36,753 bases of DNA from the NCBI GenBank assembly GCA_013416795.1, contig RQSC01000028.1:651138-687890 (forward strand). Direction: 5' to 3'. Numbering within the stretch: position 1 is the stretch's first letter; each line of letters starts with the position of its first letter. The position numbers and the translations under genes are program-made. The notes under the pieces are model-generated. The model was given only the letters and a program-made list of their open reading frames with translations. It was not told the DNA's origin and did not search any database. The DNA is from Prasinococcaceae sp. CCMP 1430 (taxonomy: Eukaryota; Plantae; Prasinodermophyta). Positions 29,401 to 35,235 of the stretch are shown in pieces.

Positions 29401-29513
29401 CGGGGCAGTCCACCAACTTCGTGTGCTGCGTGGCCCTGCCCGTGCAGAAGGGCACCAACACCAACTTCTGGGTGCTGCAGGGCTCGGCGCTCATGTGCGC
29501 CCTGTCGTCCTAA
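17136..29513 (+). CDS. DNAH6: Axonemal single-headed inner-arm dynein heavy chain, DNAH6-like; one intron at 21596-21811; start unresolved (first in-frame ATG at 17406)
   Basis: P-loops GPAGTGKT, GPTGGGKS, TGVTGVGKS and GVGGSGKQ; CFDEFNRI; stalk/MTBD; TRGKRWPLMIDPQ; C-terminal ECPLYKT..GQSTNFV. That it is an axonemal dynein is certain; the subtype is inferred from the P3 motif and the N-terminal YNPY..VTHY block. Confidence 0.95.
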   Translation: MGRRRRHPRNVACARQRSRPSARSATHFAPPLPPLSGQVQPAPGALEQRQEQQHGGDADGGGASHEHTHRPTTTTAASEASPAGSSYISLMQTMRQHPSSSEFVYLRRVGSGNGGAGGKLPAYNPYALEVVPFAAVDESDFCTMSARGVTHYLGGRSTDFTTLEQWEREYQLFNAVSTLGVFRKYRAWKSFSVWRRGVRLSKMRRAQKALKRNLFHLDSAFQAPLQEIRGLCHGMQSIRLHRLRGGVLYTLDKFVQEQREQREHVSERLVEFSRACFGHARQACADALQRQEDYLNDFYSKDDEDKLDATHRRAPRQVGDINVAAAAKAAFEASAEAYAYTIAAARRSEQRRLMNFIRMADYMICNTLIEILIESISDILIVMADHGGDDGNATPRTKVVRQQLRSSIMQSEGSPEGNLRASVTAPGLGGTSGGGAATAGDDAKEEHPAIFEVEILFEDRELVFHPSTDEFQSRVDEVLGGFVDTIGSMGLLAANEELIKMVAQEGEQGDVSVVTDLIEDETHQNLALRVKESLALAFDIAEEYKSVFIPYQTMVLENETLDIAGMKAGYQRNEVTQDQFREDVARFSDQRAMIEAIDTDASVGIIKVSSAKLRATFLPSPIKCLEELHVMLPSLASELYQNFIAVVHDATARLSRQLSSAEDFVDQLGFLTEVQEGWKDTDDKMLEIKNLIELIQGASIPIPELDHAAYQTLTPDFNTLKGAIDDAEAAKEDNIARFSGDLAHGVEQVSREVSDIRNRAQHEMILDEHADVGEVIKYTTELSTLVKAQEAAAKRIAGFERLFKVPESQFEDLVECAEEVELKRSLWVGLREWSEVTEGWRAQKFFELNDSELDEKVQRFTKLSFKVERGLPSNRVVPKLKDAVEDFKHLVPCIKSLRNTALKDRHWKKIEEAMGTALTRDENFTLGVLLDLKIMEHMDAIGAISTEATQEQALEELMLKVQRKWADIEFVVSPYKDTKDVYILGSLDDIMVALEDSMVTMTTILASRFVSGIRAEVDKLNRQLRLFSDTLDEWTAVQKTWMYLESIFSAPDIQRQLPNESKAFFSVDKSYRDIMRRVRDRPSALQAGTTPGWREQFQKSNDTLERVQKQLEDYLETKRMAFPRFYFLSNDELLEILAQTKNVQAVQPHISKCFDGIASLDFGDDPKSIDIFAMRSAQGERVSLGKNLKARGNVESWLGHVEAAMQSSLKKLTKQSYQDYAAQERAHWVLNQAAQIVLMVSQIYWCCEVEQCFGENAAKALAAFAKTNVDRLNELTALVRGQLSKLERKIIVALITIDVHARDIVLNLVKEKVDAATDFNWQMQLRYAWSESEEISLVRQVNAEFNYAYEYLGAQSRLVVTPMTDRCYMTLTGALHLKLGGAPAGPAGTGKTETTKDLGKALGVNCVVFNCGDTLDVTFMGKFFAGLSQCGAWACFDEFNRIDIEVLSVVAQQLLTIQNALQAGVSKFMFEGREIRLVPTFGAFITMCGDVLLLVSRFVHCCCWRARVSRRPPARKQPLALSPRSVVACIAIKMQCDARGAAAPPPSPSPPPILYQSCRNPGYAGRTELPDNLKALFRPMAMMIPDYALVAEVMLFAEGFESAKKLSSKMVKLYKLSSEQLSQQAHYDFGMRALKSVLVMAGSLKRASPDLSEDIVLIRAMRDSNIPKFLKEDALLFNAIVGDLFPGVEVPAQDYGSLEVAIRDRLRENALQEREPQIAKIVELFMTFNVRFGVMVVGPTGGGKSTVHRILAEAMTSLREKGDPDERYQVVHTSPLNPKCISMGELYGEYNELTGEWSDGLASTIIRNAVTNTANDRFWTLFDGPVDAIWIENMNTVLDDNCTLCLSSGERIKLNPTTQRMLFEVNDLAVASPATVSRCGMVYLDADDLGWEPFVRTWVDSKLCGGLLTQDTKDFVYNELFVKFLTPALRFVRRNCGEGIPSVDINLAASCTSLVTALVNRSIDTKRPEEELHPTLAAIFSYALCWSAGGNIAESDREAFSDFLRDLMSDSPAPFPPSGEVYDHVVDVRVDASEGGLMTAEFRPWSELVEPFKFDMDAPFFSMLVPTVDTTRFSYLLEVLIEADRSVLYTGVTGVGKSVVATDALRRLEEPKGLVPIFINFSAQTAALDTQLLIESKLEKKRKTRLGAPIGKKIVILVDDVNMPAREVWGAAPPIELLRQFHDYRGFYDRQKLFFKDIEDVVLCAACGPPGGGRQEMTPRFTRHFTMLALPQPDDENMRTIFGSILGGFLKEGFATDQQMMCAGIVSASVEMYRRICAELLPTPSKSHYTFNLRDTAKVVQGMLMVRSNSVTTKQALARLWVHEASRVFSDRMTNNEDKEYFNGMVTELVGRHLGGVLTHDELFGEGVHNFFGDYMKMGAEGNDRVYEEITDVQKMLKVFDDYLDEHNLSSKSPMNLVFFMDAVGHITRAARVLRQPRGNAMMVGVGGSGKQSLTRFACFMANYEFFQIELTRGYGTGEFREDLKNLFTTAGMERKQVCFCFTDTQVINEGFLEDLNNLLNSGEVPGMYEADEKERIIGDIRPYVESLGLPPTRDVCWSTFVNGVRDNLHVVLCMSPVGEAFRARCRQFPSLINCCTIDWYSSWPREALLSVSRRFLEKMDLGSDEAHEAVISFCPEIHLSVKEMAERFFAELRRRYYTTPKSYLDLIALYTKLLGEKRAEFETARDRLLNGLSKLSETNAMVDGMQEELTKLQPVLEEKSKATAELLVNVERDQAEAEKVKAVVAVEEKQVKEQADATKLIADDAKADLAEALPALEAAVESLNSLNKADITEMRSFPKPPPLVQKTMEAVCVLLQEKPDWDTAKRVMNDTGFLKRLYDFDKDNMPDKVLKQLKKHVESEDFMPDIVARQSNAAKSLCMWCRAMDVYARVAAVVEPKRKALAAAEAELAEANATLAAKQAELQRVVDNVESLQRQLKEAQDEQASLAEQADTTSKRLARAGKLTSGLADEQVRWKETAEKIAEDTRLLVGDVFIAAACVSYYGAFSGAYREELVGSWVARCKDLGIPVSEVSSLRNTLANPVELREWAIWGLPSDDVSVDNGILVTRGKRWPLMIDPQAQANKWIKAMEAKNGLRVIKLTDSTYLRTLENSVRIGCPVLIEDVGETLDPALEPILQKNVFKQGNRSLIRIGDSDVDYDPNFKLYLTSKLSNPSYLPEVCIKITLINFFVTERGLEDQLLGDVVRKERPDLEEQKDRLVVSISNDKKQLKELEDKILKLLKESEGNILDDEVLINTLNNSKLTSSVISKRVEEAEVTEKAINEAREGYRVVANRGSILYFVVANLGLIGHMYQYSLSYFVRMFNHCIDAAEKSEELEERLRNLNDYITLFMYQNVCRGLFEEHKLMFSFLMCTSIERAAGAIDVAEWNFVLRGTAGLSVTPSRGAPEGCEAWLGDDRWQQLAFLQDNVPNFDGLLDAVATDPAAFEAFARHETPESAPLPEPLAASGLNRFSQLLLCRVLREERMMSGFSEYVGETMGEDFVATPPWKLPEVFPDTSNQIPVVFVLSTGADPTAMLQRFAASKGWAPGERLHMISLGQGQGPVAESLISSASKSGDWVVLQNCHLAKSWMLSLEQIVEGLATGAGEVHEDFRLWLTSMPAPHFPVPVLQSSIKLVQEPPRGVKANLLRSYSDYTDEQVDSCAKPDALRKMLVSLSFFHAIIQERRKFGPLGWNIRYEFNQSDIECAGQTLRMFLDEQEQIPWPALLYVTGDINYGGRVTDDLDRRCIRCILRQYYTEALVETDTYKFSKSGVYYAPACSDVGGVMEYVRGLPASDDPEVFGMHDNANVTFQLQETRKIIDTVLGIQPRMTGGGSGKTPEETVSELCAEMSAAMPSRLDPEQCAEGMFARNDEGQMSSLAVVLLQEMERFNKLLDAITGSLSDLQKAIKGLVVMSGELEAMFTAMLNNQVPELWARASYPSLKPLSSYVRDFHERMAFMHLWLHDGMPKCYPLPSFFFPQGFMTGMLQTHARKYAIPIDTLNIAYEVLGAEGPEEVEEGPQDGVYVSGLFVDSARWDRVEGCLAESLPAVMHDTLPVVHFRPEANYEVPSELYECPLYKTTVRAGVLNTTGQSTNFVCCVALPVQKGTNTNFWVLQGSALMCALSS
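21596..21811 (+). other. Stop-free 216-nt (3n) intron in dynein AAA1
   Basis: AT|GTGCGG...TGTAG|G; removal restores the invariant FITMNPGYAGR. Confidence 0.95.
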
Positions 29514-29649
29514 CTCGAAGGCGCTAATATTCGTGGCACAGAGAGGCGCACACATTTTTAATAATACTCACACACATTCGCATCAGCAGAGGGCACGCGG
29601 CCACGTGAACGCCGCAAGCGCCCGCGCGCGAGCGCTGCGCCAGCCGCGA

Positions 29650-29700
29650 CTCTCTCTCTCTCTCTCTCTTACACACACACGCACACACACGCACACACAC
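29650..29700. repeat. Compound (CT)n-(CA)n microsatellite between convergent 3' ends
   Basis: Read directly from the sequence. Confidence 0.9.
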
Positions 29701-29777
29701 GCACGGCACAGTCGCAGAATGAATCAGTTTTGAATTGTGTACAGATGGCTGGCCGCCTCTGGCGGCGTGCGCGTCCC

Positions 29778-31229
29778 TCAGCCTTCCTTCTTCTGCGCGA
29801 GCCTGGCGTCGTCCGCGGCGGCCCTCGCCTGCTTGTCGCGGATGTTCCACGCGAGCCCCGCGAAGACGAGCGCCACGGCGCCCCACTGCTCGGCGCGCAG
29901 CGGCGTGCGGTTGACGGCGACGCTCAGCAGGATGTTGGCGAGCTTGCGCGTGGTGGTGACGGTGACGCACGCCAGCGAGCCGAACTGCGATATGGTGGCG
30001 AAGATGAAGTTCTGCCCCACCGCACCGCACAGCGCGAAGAGCGCCACGTCGCGCGCCGCCTGCGGGTGCGCGGCCAAAAACGCCACCGCCTCGCCGCCCA
30101 CGCCACTCAGGCCGAAGAGGTACAGCGCGTAGTAGATGCCGCACCAAAAGTTGGTGCCCGCCATCATCTGGACGCTGTGCAGCCGCGCGCGCGCGCGCGT
30201 GCGCGTGTGTGAGCGCGCGTGTGTCCGCGCGCGCGCGCGCATGCGCGTGTGTGAGCGCGCGTGTGTCCACGCGTGCGTGCGTGTGCATGTGATCGTGCGT
30301 GTATGCGCGTGCATGTTTGTGCGCGCGCGCGTCAGCCTGCTGGGAGCGAAGATCGAATCGCCGCGTGCGCGTGCGCTTGGACACGTGCGCGCGCACACAC
30401 ACACACTGGCGCGGCCGCTCGCTGTGCGCGACGCACGATGTGGTCTCCGGGTGCCTCCTCTTGATGGCGTCCTGGTACGCGTTGGTGTACCCGTCGAGCA
30501 GCAGGTTGGCCCCGCACAGCGCGTAGCCCAGCGGCGCGTTGGCGTCCTGCAGCTTGGCGAGCGCTTTCGCGGAGCCCTTGAAGAAGGCGAACAGCCCCAC
30601 GCCGCCGCCCACCAGCAGCGTCTGCGCGCACTGCGCGGGCGTGTACCGCGCGCCGCCGATCAGCACGCCCATCAGCATCACAGGCACCATCTGGAAGCGG
30701 GGCGGCGGCCGCGGCGGAGGTGGGGGGGGGTGGGTGGCGGCGGCACGAACGAGTGCGGGTCGGGGCGCCAGAGAGTCAGGCACGCGTGCATGTGTGTGCG
30801 CGCGCGCCCGTGTGTGTGTGTGTGTGTGTGTGTGTGTCGATGTGTGTGTACGTGTGTGCGTGCGCAAGCGCGCGTGCGCACCTTTCCCGACTTGACGAGC
30901 ACCTGCGCCGGGTACGATATGTTCCTGAGCGCGACGGTGCCGAGCGCGGGCCCGACGGTGTTGCTAATGCTCGGCTTCCAGAAGGCGAGCAGGCCGCTGC
31001 CGCCCGGCTTCGGCGGCAGGAGCAGCAGCAGCGCCTGCGCTACGGCGTAGCACACGACGGCCTGCGCGAGGTTGAGGAAGACCATGTGCTCGAAGCGCGC
31101 GCCGCTGGCGCCGTAGCGCTCGGTCGACACGCGCTCCTGCAGCACGCCCTGCGTGAGGTACGACGCGTAGATGCCCACCACGCACGCCGCGAACCGCGCC
31201 GCCCTCGCCATCGCCGCGCCGCCCGCCAT
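29778..31229 (-). CDS. UAA-family nucleotide-sugar transporter (SLC35B1/UTr1-3-like UDP-galactose/UDP-glucose transporter); exons 31229-30882, 30690-30437, 30174-29778
   Basis: GIYASYLTQGVLQE, ALRNISYPAQVLVKSGK|MVPVMLMG, NLLLDGYTNAYQD, GAVGQNFIF and VTTTRK..ILLS, with a C-terminal KKEG resembling a dilysine ER motif. Two GT-AG introns are phase-consistent. Confidence 0.93.
30175..30436 (-). other. Spliceosomal intron 2 of the transporter (262 nt, phase 2)
   Basis: TC|GTGCGT...CACAG|C restores T-T-S-V-Q-M-M. Confidence 0.88.
30691..30881 (-). other. Spliceosomal intron 1 of the transporter (191 nt, phase 0)
   Basis: AAG|GTGCGC...TTCCAG|ATG restores K-S-G-K-M-V-P-V-M. Confidence 0.92.
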
Positions 31230-31261
31230 CGCGGCGGCGCGCGCGGCGCGCGGCGCCCCTC

Positions 31262-31285
31262 GTGTGGCACACACACACACACACG

Positions 31286-31328
<43 letters not shown>

Positions 31329-31375
31329 GTGTACACACACACACGCCCACACACGCACGCACGCACACACACGCC
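31262..31375. repeat. Interrupted (CA)n/(TG)n microsatellite upstream of the transporter start
   Basis: Read directly from the sequence. Confidence 0.9.
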
Positions 31376-31513
31376 AGCGCCGATCGGGCGCAAGCCCGCG
31401 CACCGCCGCGCTCGCGCGCGCGCGCGTTCGCGCGCGCGCGCTCACACACACCGTATTCTTACATTTACATTGACGTTACTTTCAGCCACGGGAGATCTCC
31501 TCACATTCTGAGA

Positions 31514-31545
31514 TTAGGGTTAAGGGTTAGGGTTAGGTTTTAGGG
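31514..31545 (+). repeat. Short interstitial telomere-like array (5 degenerate TTAGGG-type units)
   Basis: TTAGGG TTAAGGG TTAGGG TTAGG TTTTAGGG. Confidence 0.85.
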
Positions 31546-31901
31546 TCGGTCGCATCGGGCGGGCCGCTGCCGCGCGCGTGCGCCACACGTCGCGATCGCG
31601 CGCGGAATTCGCCAAATCTCACTGTACATTCGGAAAGACGATGAAAACCGCAGAATGTGTGTTCGAATTGGGATTGAAATGAAATGTTGTGGGTGTGCGC
31701 GGGGGCTGGCGCGGCGGCGCGCCACAGCGGGGCTGCCGGCAGAGCCCCACACAGCACGCCACCGCCGCCTCCGCCACCGCCCGCCCCACCTTCCTCACCC
31801 CAGCGACCCTCTCGCCTCCACCCGCCGCCCTCGCATCGATCCGCCTGCACTGCGAGGGTGCAGCGCGGTCCAGCAAAACGACCTGACGCGTCACGCCACG
31901 C

Positions 31902-33764
31902 GTGGACGCACGTGCGCGCGCGGCCGCCGCGGCCGCCTCCGGCGGGGGCGGCAAGCCGCTTACCATCGTCTACGGCACGCAGACGGGCACCGCGGAGCGC
32001 TTCGCCAAGGCGCTCGCCAAAGAGGCGGCCGCGCGCTACGGCGCCGCCCTGTCCGCGGAGTGCGTGGAGATCGACGACTTCGACTACGAGGAGCGCCTCG
32101 CGGAGGCCGACGAGGAGGGGCTCACAGTGATGCTCTTCGCCACGTACGGCGACGGCGAGCCCACTGATGACGCGATGGAGTTCGTGGAGTGGCTCGCGCA
32201 GGAGGCCGAGATCGAGAGCGACGTTGTGGCGGGGCGCAAGTACGCCGTCTTCGCCCTCGGCAACCGCCAGTACGAGCACTTCAACGCGACGGGCAAGGCC
32301 ATCTTCAAGGACTTCGGCGCGGCGGGCGGCGAGGCCGTCATGCGGCTCGGCCTGGGCGACGACGACGCCGACATCGAGGCCGACTTCGCCGACTGGAAGG
32401 AGGAATTCTGGGGCGCTCTCGAGCAGGCGCTGGACGTGAGCGTCGCCGACGGCGCGGACGGCGGCGCCGGCGTGCCCATGGCCGCCTACGACGTCTCGGC
32501 GCTCGCCGGCGCCGACGGGGCCGCCGCGGCCGCCACGTCAGCCCCGGGCGCTGCGCGCAAGCGGCCCCCGTACACGGAGGCGAATCCCTTCGTCGCCAAG
32601 ATCGGCGCCAAGGCCGAGCTGCATACTGCCGAGAGCGACCGCTCGTGCCTGCACGTGGAGGTGGACCTGTCGGGCTCGAACCTGCGCTACACAAGCGGCG
32701 ATCACGTGGGCGTGCTGCCGTGCAATTCGGACAGGGACGTCATGCGGGCGGCGGCGCTCATCAAGGGCGGCACAGACATGCTCGACACCGCGGTCGCGGT
32801 GTCCGTCCCGGAGGACGTCGACCTGCCAGCGCTGCCGAGCCCCACCACGCTGCGCGCCCTCCTCACGCACTACATCGACCTCACGGGCCCCGTGCGCCGC
32901 TCGCAGCTCCTGGCGCTCGCCGCCTGCGCGCCCGACGAGGAGAGTGCCGCGGAACTGCGCGCGCACGCCGCGGCCGGCAAGGGCGCCGCCGACGTGTTCA
33001 AGGGCAAGTATCACGATGGCAAGGCGAGCGTCCTCGACGTGATGGTGGCCCACGGCTGCACGCCCGACGTGGGCCTGTTTCTGGGCTCGGTGGGCACGCG
33101 GCTGGCGCCCCGCTTCTTCTCGATCTCGAGCTCGAATCGGGCGCATCCCGGCCACGTCCACATCACCGCTGCGGTCGTCACCGAGGACAAGCCGTACAGC
33201 GGCGGGATGCTCGAGGGCGTGTGCACGCACCACCTGTCGCGCCTGCGGGAGGGCGACAGCATTGCCGTGTTCCTTCGCCAGAGCACGTTCCGCCTGCCCA
33301 AGGACCCCACCAAGCCCGTGGTCATGGTGGGCCCCGGCACGGGCCTGGCGCCCTTTCGTGCGTTCCTGCAGGAGCGTGCGGCGCTGCAGGAGGGCGGCAA
33401 CACGCTCGGCCCCGCGGTCACGTTCTTCGGCTGCCGCAGGCCCGACGCGGACTTCATCTACGAGGAGGAGATGAGGGAGTTCGAGCGCACCGGGGTGACG
33501 CAGCTGCAGGTCGCCTTCAGCCGCGTGGGCAAGGCCAAGCGCTACGTGCAGCACGACCTGGCCGAGCGCGGCGGGGAGGTCTGGCAGTGGTTGAGCAGCA
33601 AGAAAGGGTACATGTACGTGTGTGGGGACGCCAAGCACATGGCCAAAGACGTGCACAAGGCGCTCGTGCAGCTGGGGGTCGACAGCGGCCTCAGTGAGGC
33701 CAGGGCGGAGGATGCGCTGAGGCAGCTGCACGACGAGGGGCGCTACCAGCGCGACGTGTGGTGA
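31902..33764 (+). CDS. CPR: NADPH-cytochrome P450 reductase; N-terminus unresolved
   Basis: FMN-binding YGTQTGTAE, TYGDGEPTD and FALGNRQYEHFN; FAD-binding RFFSISSS; NADPH-binding GPGTGLAPFRAF, FFGCR and YVCGDAKHMAKDV; CPR-type C-terminus RYQRDVW. Confidence 0.95.
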   Translation: MDARARAAAAAASGGGGKPLTIVYGTQTGTAERFAKALAKEAAARYGAALSAECVEIDDFDYEERLAEADEEGLTVMLFATYGDGEPTDDAMEFVEWLAQEAEIESDVVAGRKYAVFALGNRQYEHFNATGKAIFKDFGAAGGEAVMRLGLGDDDADIEADFADWKEEFWGALEQALDVSVADGADGGAGVPMAAYDVSALAGADGAAAAATSAPGAARKRPPYTEANPFVAKIGAKAELHTAESDRSCLHVEVDLSGSNLRYTSGDHVGVLPCNSDRDVMRAAALIKGGTDMLDTAVAVSVPEDVDLPALPSPTTLRALLTHYIDLTGPVRRSQLLALAACAPDEESAAELRAHAAAGKGAADVFKGKYHDGKASVLDVMVAHGCTPDVGLFLGSVGTRLAPRFFSISSSNRAHPGHVHITAAVVTEDKPYSGGMLEGVCTHHLSRLREGDSIAVFLRQSTFRLPKDPTKPVVMVGPGTGLAPFRAFLQERAALQEGGNTLGPAVTFFGCRRPDADFIYEEEMREFERTGVTQLQVAFSRVGKAKRYVQHDLAERGGEVWQWLSSKKGYMYVCGDAKHMAKDVHKALVQLGVDSGLSEARAEDALRQLHDEGRYQRDVW

Positions 33765-34121
33765 GGTGCACGCGCCTCGGTACGTCGGGCGTCGCTGCTT
33801 GTATTTCGATTTCAATGGCCCGAGCATGTGGCATTCTTTCCTTGACGGTCGATCCGCCCACCCCCTCACCCTCTCTCTCGCGCGCGCTACGCGCGCGCGC
33901 GCGCGCGCGCCTGGCGGCCAGCGCCGTCACGAGCGCCGCCGCGAGCACTTGCGCGCGCGCGCCTGCCTGCGGCCCCCCGCGGCCGCCAACCGCAGCACTT
34001 GCCTCGCCCCCCCCCCCCCGCTCCGCATCGCGGCTCTCCTCCTCGAGCGACGGGAGGGTGGCGTGGTGACAACTACTCTACACATCAAAATGCATTCGCT
34101 ATATCAAAACGAATCATTTTC

Positions 34122-35147
34122 ATGTGGATAAGATTTGTAAGGCGCACACACGTGTCTGCGTGTGCACCGGTGTGTGTGCCTGCTGTGTGCGCGTGTTGCC
34201 TGCGCACGCGGGCGCGCGGGCGCTCCTGTGGCCGCGTGAGGCACACCGCGCGGCCCGCGCGGGACCGCGCGACCCTGCGCGGCGACGTGGACACGCGCCG
34301 CGGCATCCTGCTGGGCACGGGCGCGGCCGCGGCGTGCGGCCTGACGTCCGCCACGCTGCCGCGCGACGCGGACGCGCTGTCTGCTTTTGTTGACGTCGGC
34401 GCGTGCCTTGCGCCAGAGTACACGCCCTCCGGCGACGGCGCGTGCGACGACGCCGTCGGTGCGGTGCTGCGGGGCGTCGTGTGGGAGGACGAGCCGCCCT
34501 TCGCGCCAGAGGACTTCGAGCGCTACGACGCGAGCGACGACTCGGACTTTTACGAGGCGCCGCGCTTCGTTAAACACGTCGATGATAGCGCGCTCGCTGC
34601 ACTCACCTCGTGGTACGCGGCCAACCTGCCGCCTGCGCGCAGCGGCGCGGCCGTGCTCGACATGTGCAGCTCGTGGGTGAGCCACTACCCCGAGGGCTAC
34701 GCCAACGCGCGCGTGGCGGGGCTGGGCATGAACGAGCAGGAGCTCGCGCGCAATCCGGTCTTCACGGAGCATGTCGTGCGTGACCTCAACAAGGACCCCA
34801 CGCTGCCGTATGACGACGGGAGCTTCGATTTCATCACCAACACGGTGTCGGTTGACTACCTCACGCAACCGCTGGAGCTCTTCGCCGAGATGGCGCGCGT
34901 CCTGAAGCCCGGCGGCACTGCCGCTATGAGCTTCTCCAACCGCTTCTTCCCGACCAAGGTGATCGCCGGCTGGGGCACGGCGTCCGATCTCGAACACGTG
35001 TGGACCGTCGGCGCGTACTTCCACTACGGCGGCGGCGGCGCGTTCGAGGCGCCCGTCGCCGAGGACCTCACGCCTCGCGTCCGCCCGGCGTTCAGCAAGG
35101 ATCACGACCCCATGTACGTCGTGTATGCCACCAAAAAGGCGGCATGA
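34122..35147 (+). CDS. Class I SAM-dependent methyltransferase, plant-chloroplast/cyanobacterial type; start uncertain
   Basis: DFERYDASDDSDFYEAPRFVKHVDD, LDMCSSWVSHYP, LGMNEQEL, VSVDYLTQP, LKPGG..SFSNRFFPTK and DPMYVVYA, preceded by a transit-peptide-like N-terminus with RRGILLG. Confidence 0.9.
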   Translation: MWIRFVRRTHVSACAPVCVPAVCACCLRTRARGRSCGRVRHTARPARDRATLRGDVDTRRGILLGTGAAAACGLTSATLPRDADALSAFVDVGACLAPEYTPSGDGACDDAVGAVLRGVVWEDEPPFAPEDFERYDASDDSDFYEAPRFVKHVDDSALAALTSWYAANLPPARSGAAVLDMCSSWVSHYPEGYANARVAGLGMNEQELARNPVFTEHVVRDLNKDPTLPYDDGSFDFITNTVSVDYLTQPLELFAEMARVLKPGGTAAMSFSNRFFPTKVIAGWGTASDLEHVWTVGAYFHYGGGGAFEAPVAEDLTPRVRPAFSKDHDPMYVVYATKKAA

Positions 35148-35235
35148 GCGCGCGAGGAGCGCGCGCGCGCCCGCGGGCGAGTGTGTGATGACACAATATT
35201 ACTGTACAGGGGGTGTCAATGGACCGCGGACGGCT

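Noticed and set aside
17271-29555. Many long antisense or alternate-frame ORFs over dynein (for example 27933..29555) and similar ones over other genes (1949..3325, 3383..4765, 32538..33869)
   Set aside because: These are expected shadows of GC3-biased coding sequence and carry no recognisable motifs.
31884-31886. In-frame TGA upstream of CPR as selenocysteine or readthrough
   Set aside because: The upstream frame has no AUG and no CPR-like or anchor sequence, and no SECIS was recognised.
33880-33965. (CG)n runs here and elsewhere (for example 5089-5107) as functional Z-DNA elements
   Set aside because: They are ubiquitous in the non-coding DNA of this window, and nothing distinguishes them from compositional background.
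34137-34240. Intron in the methyltransferase 5' region (GTAAGG donor)
   Set aside because: The nearest AG is a GAG in an incompatible phase, so it is unsupported without cDNA.
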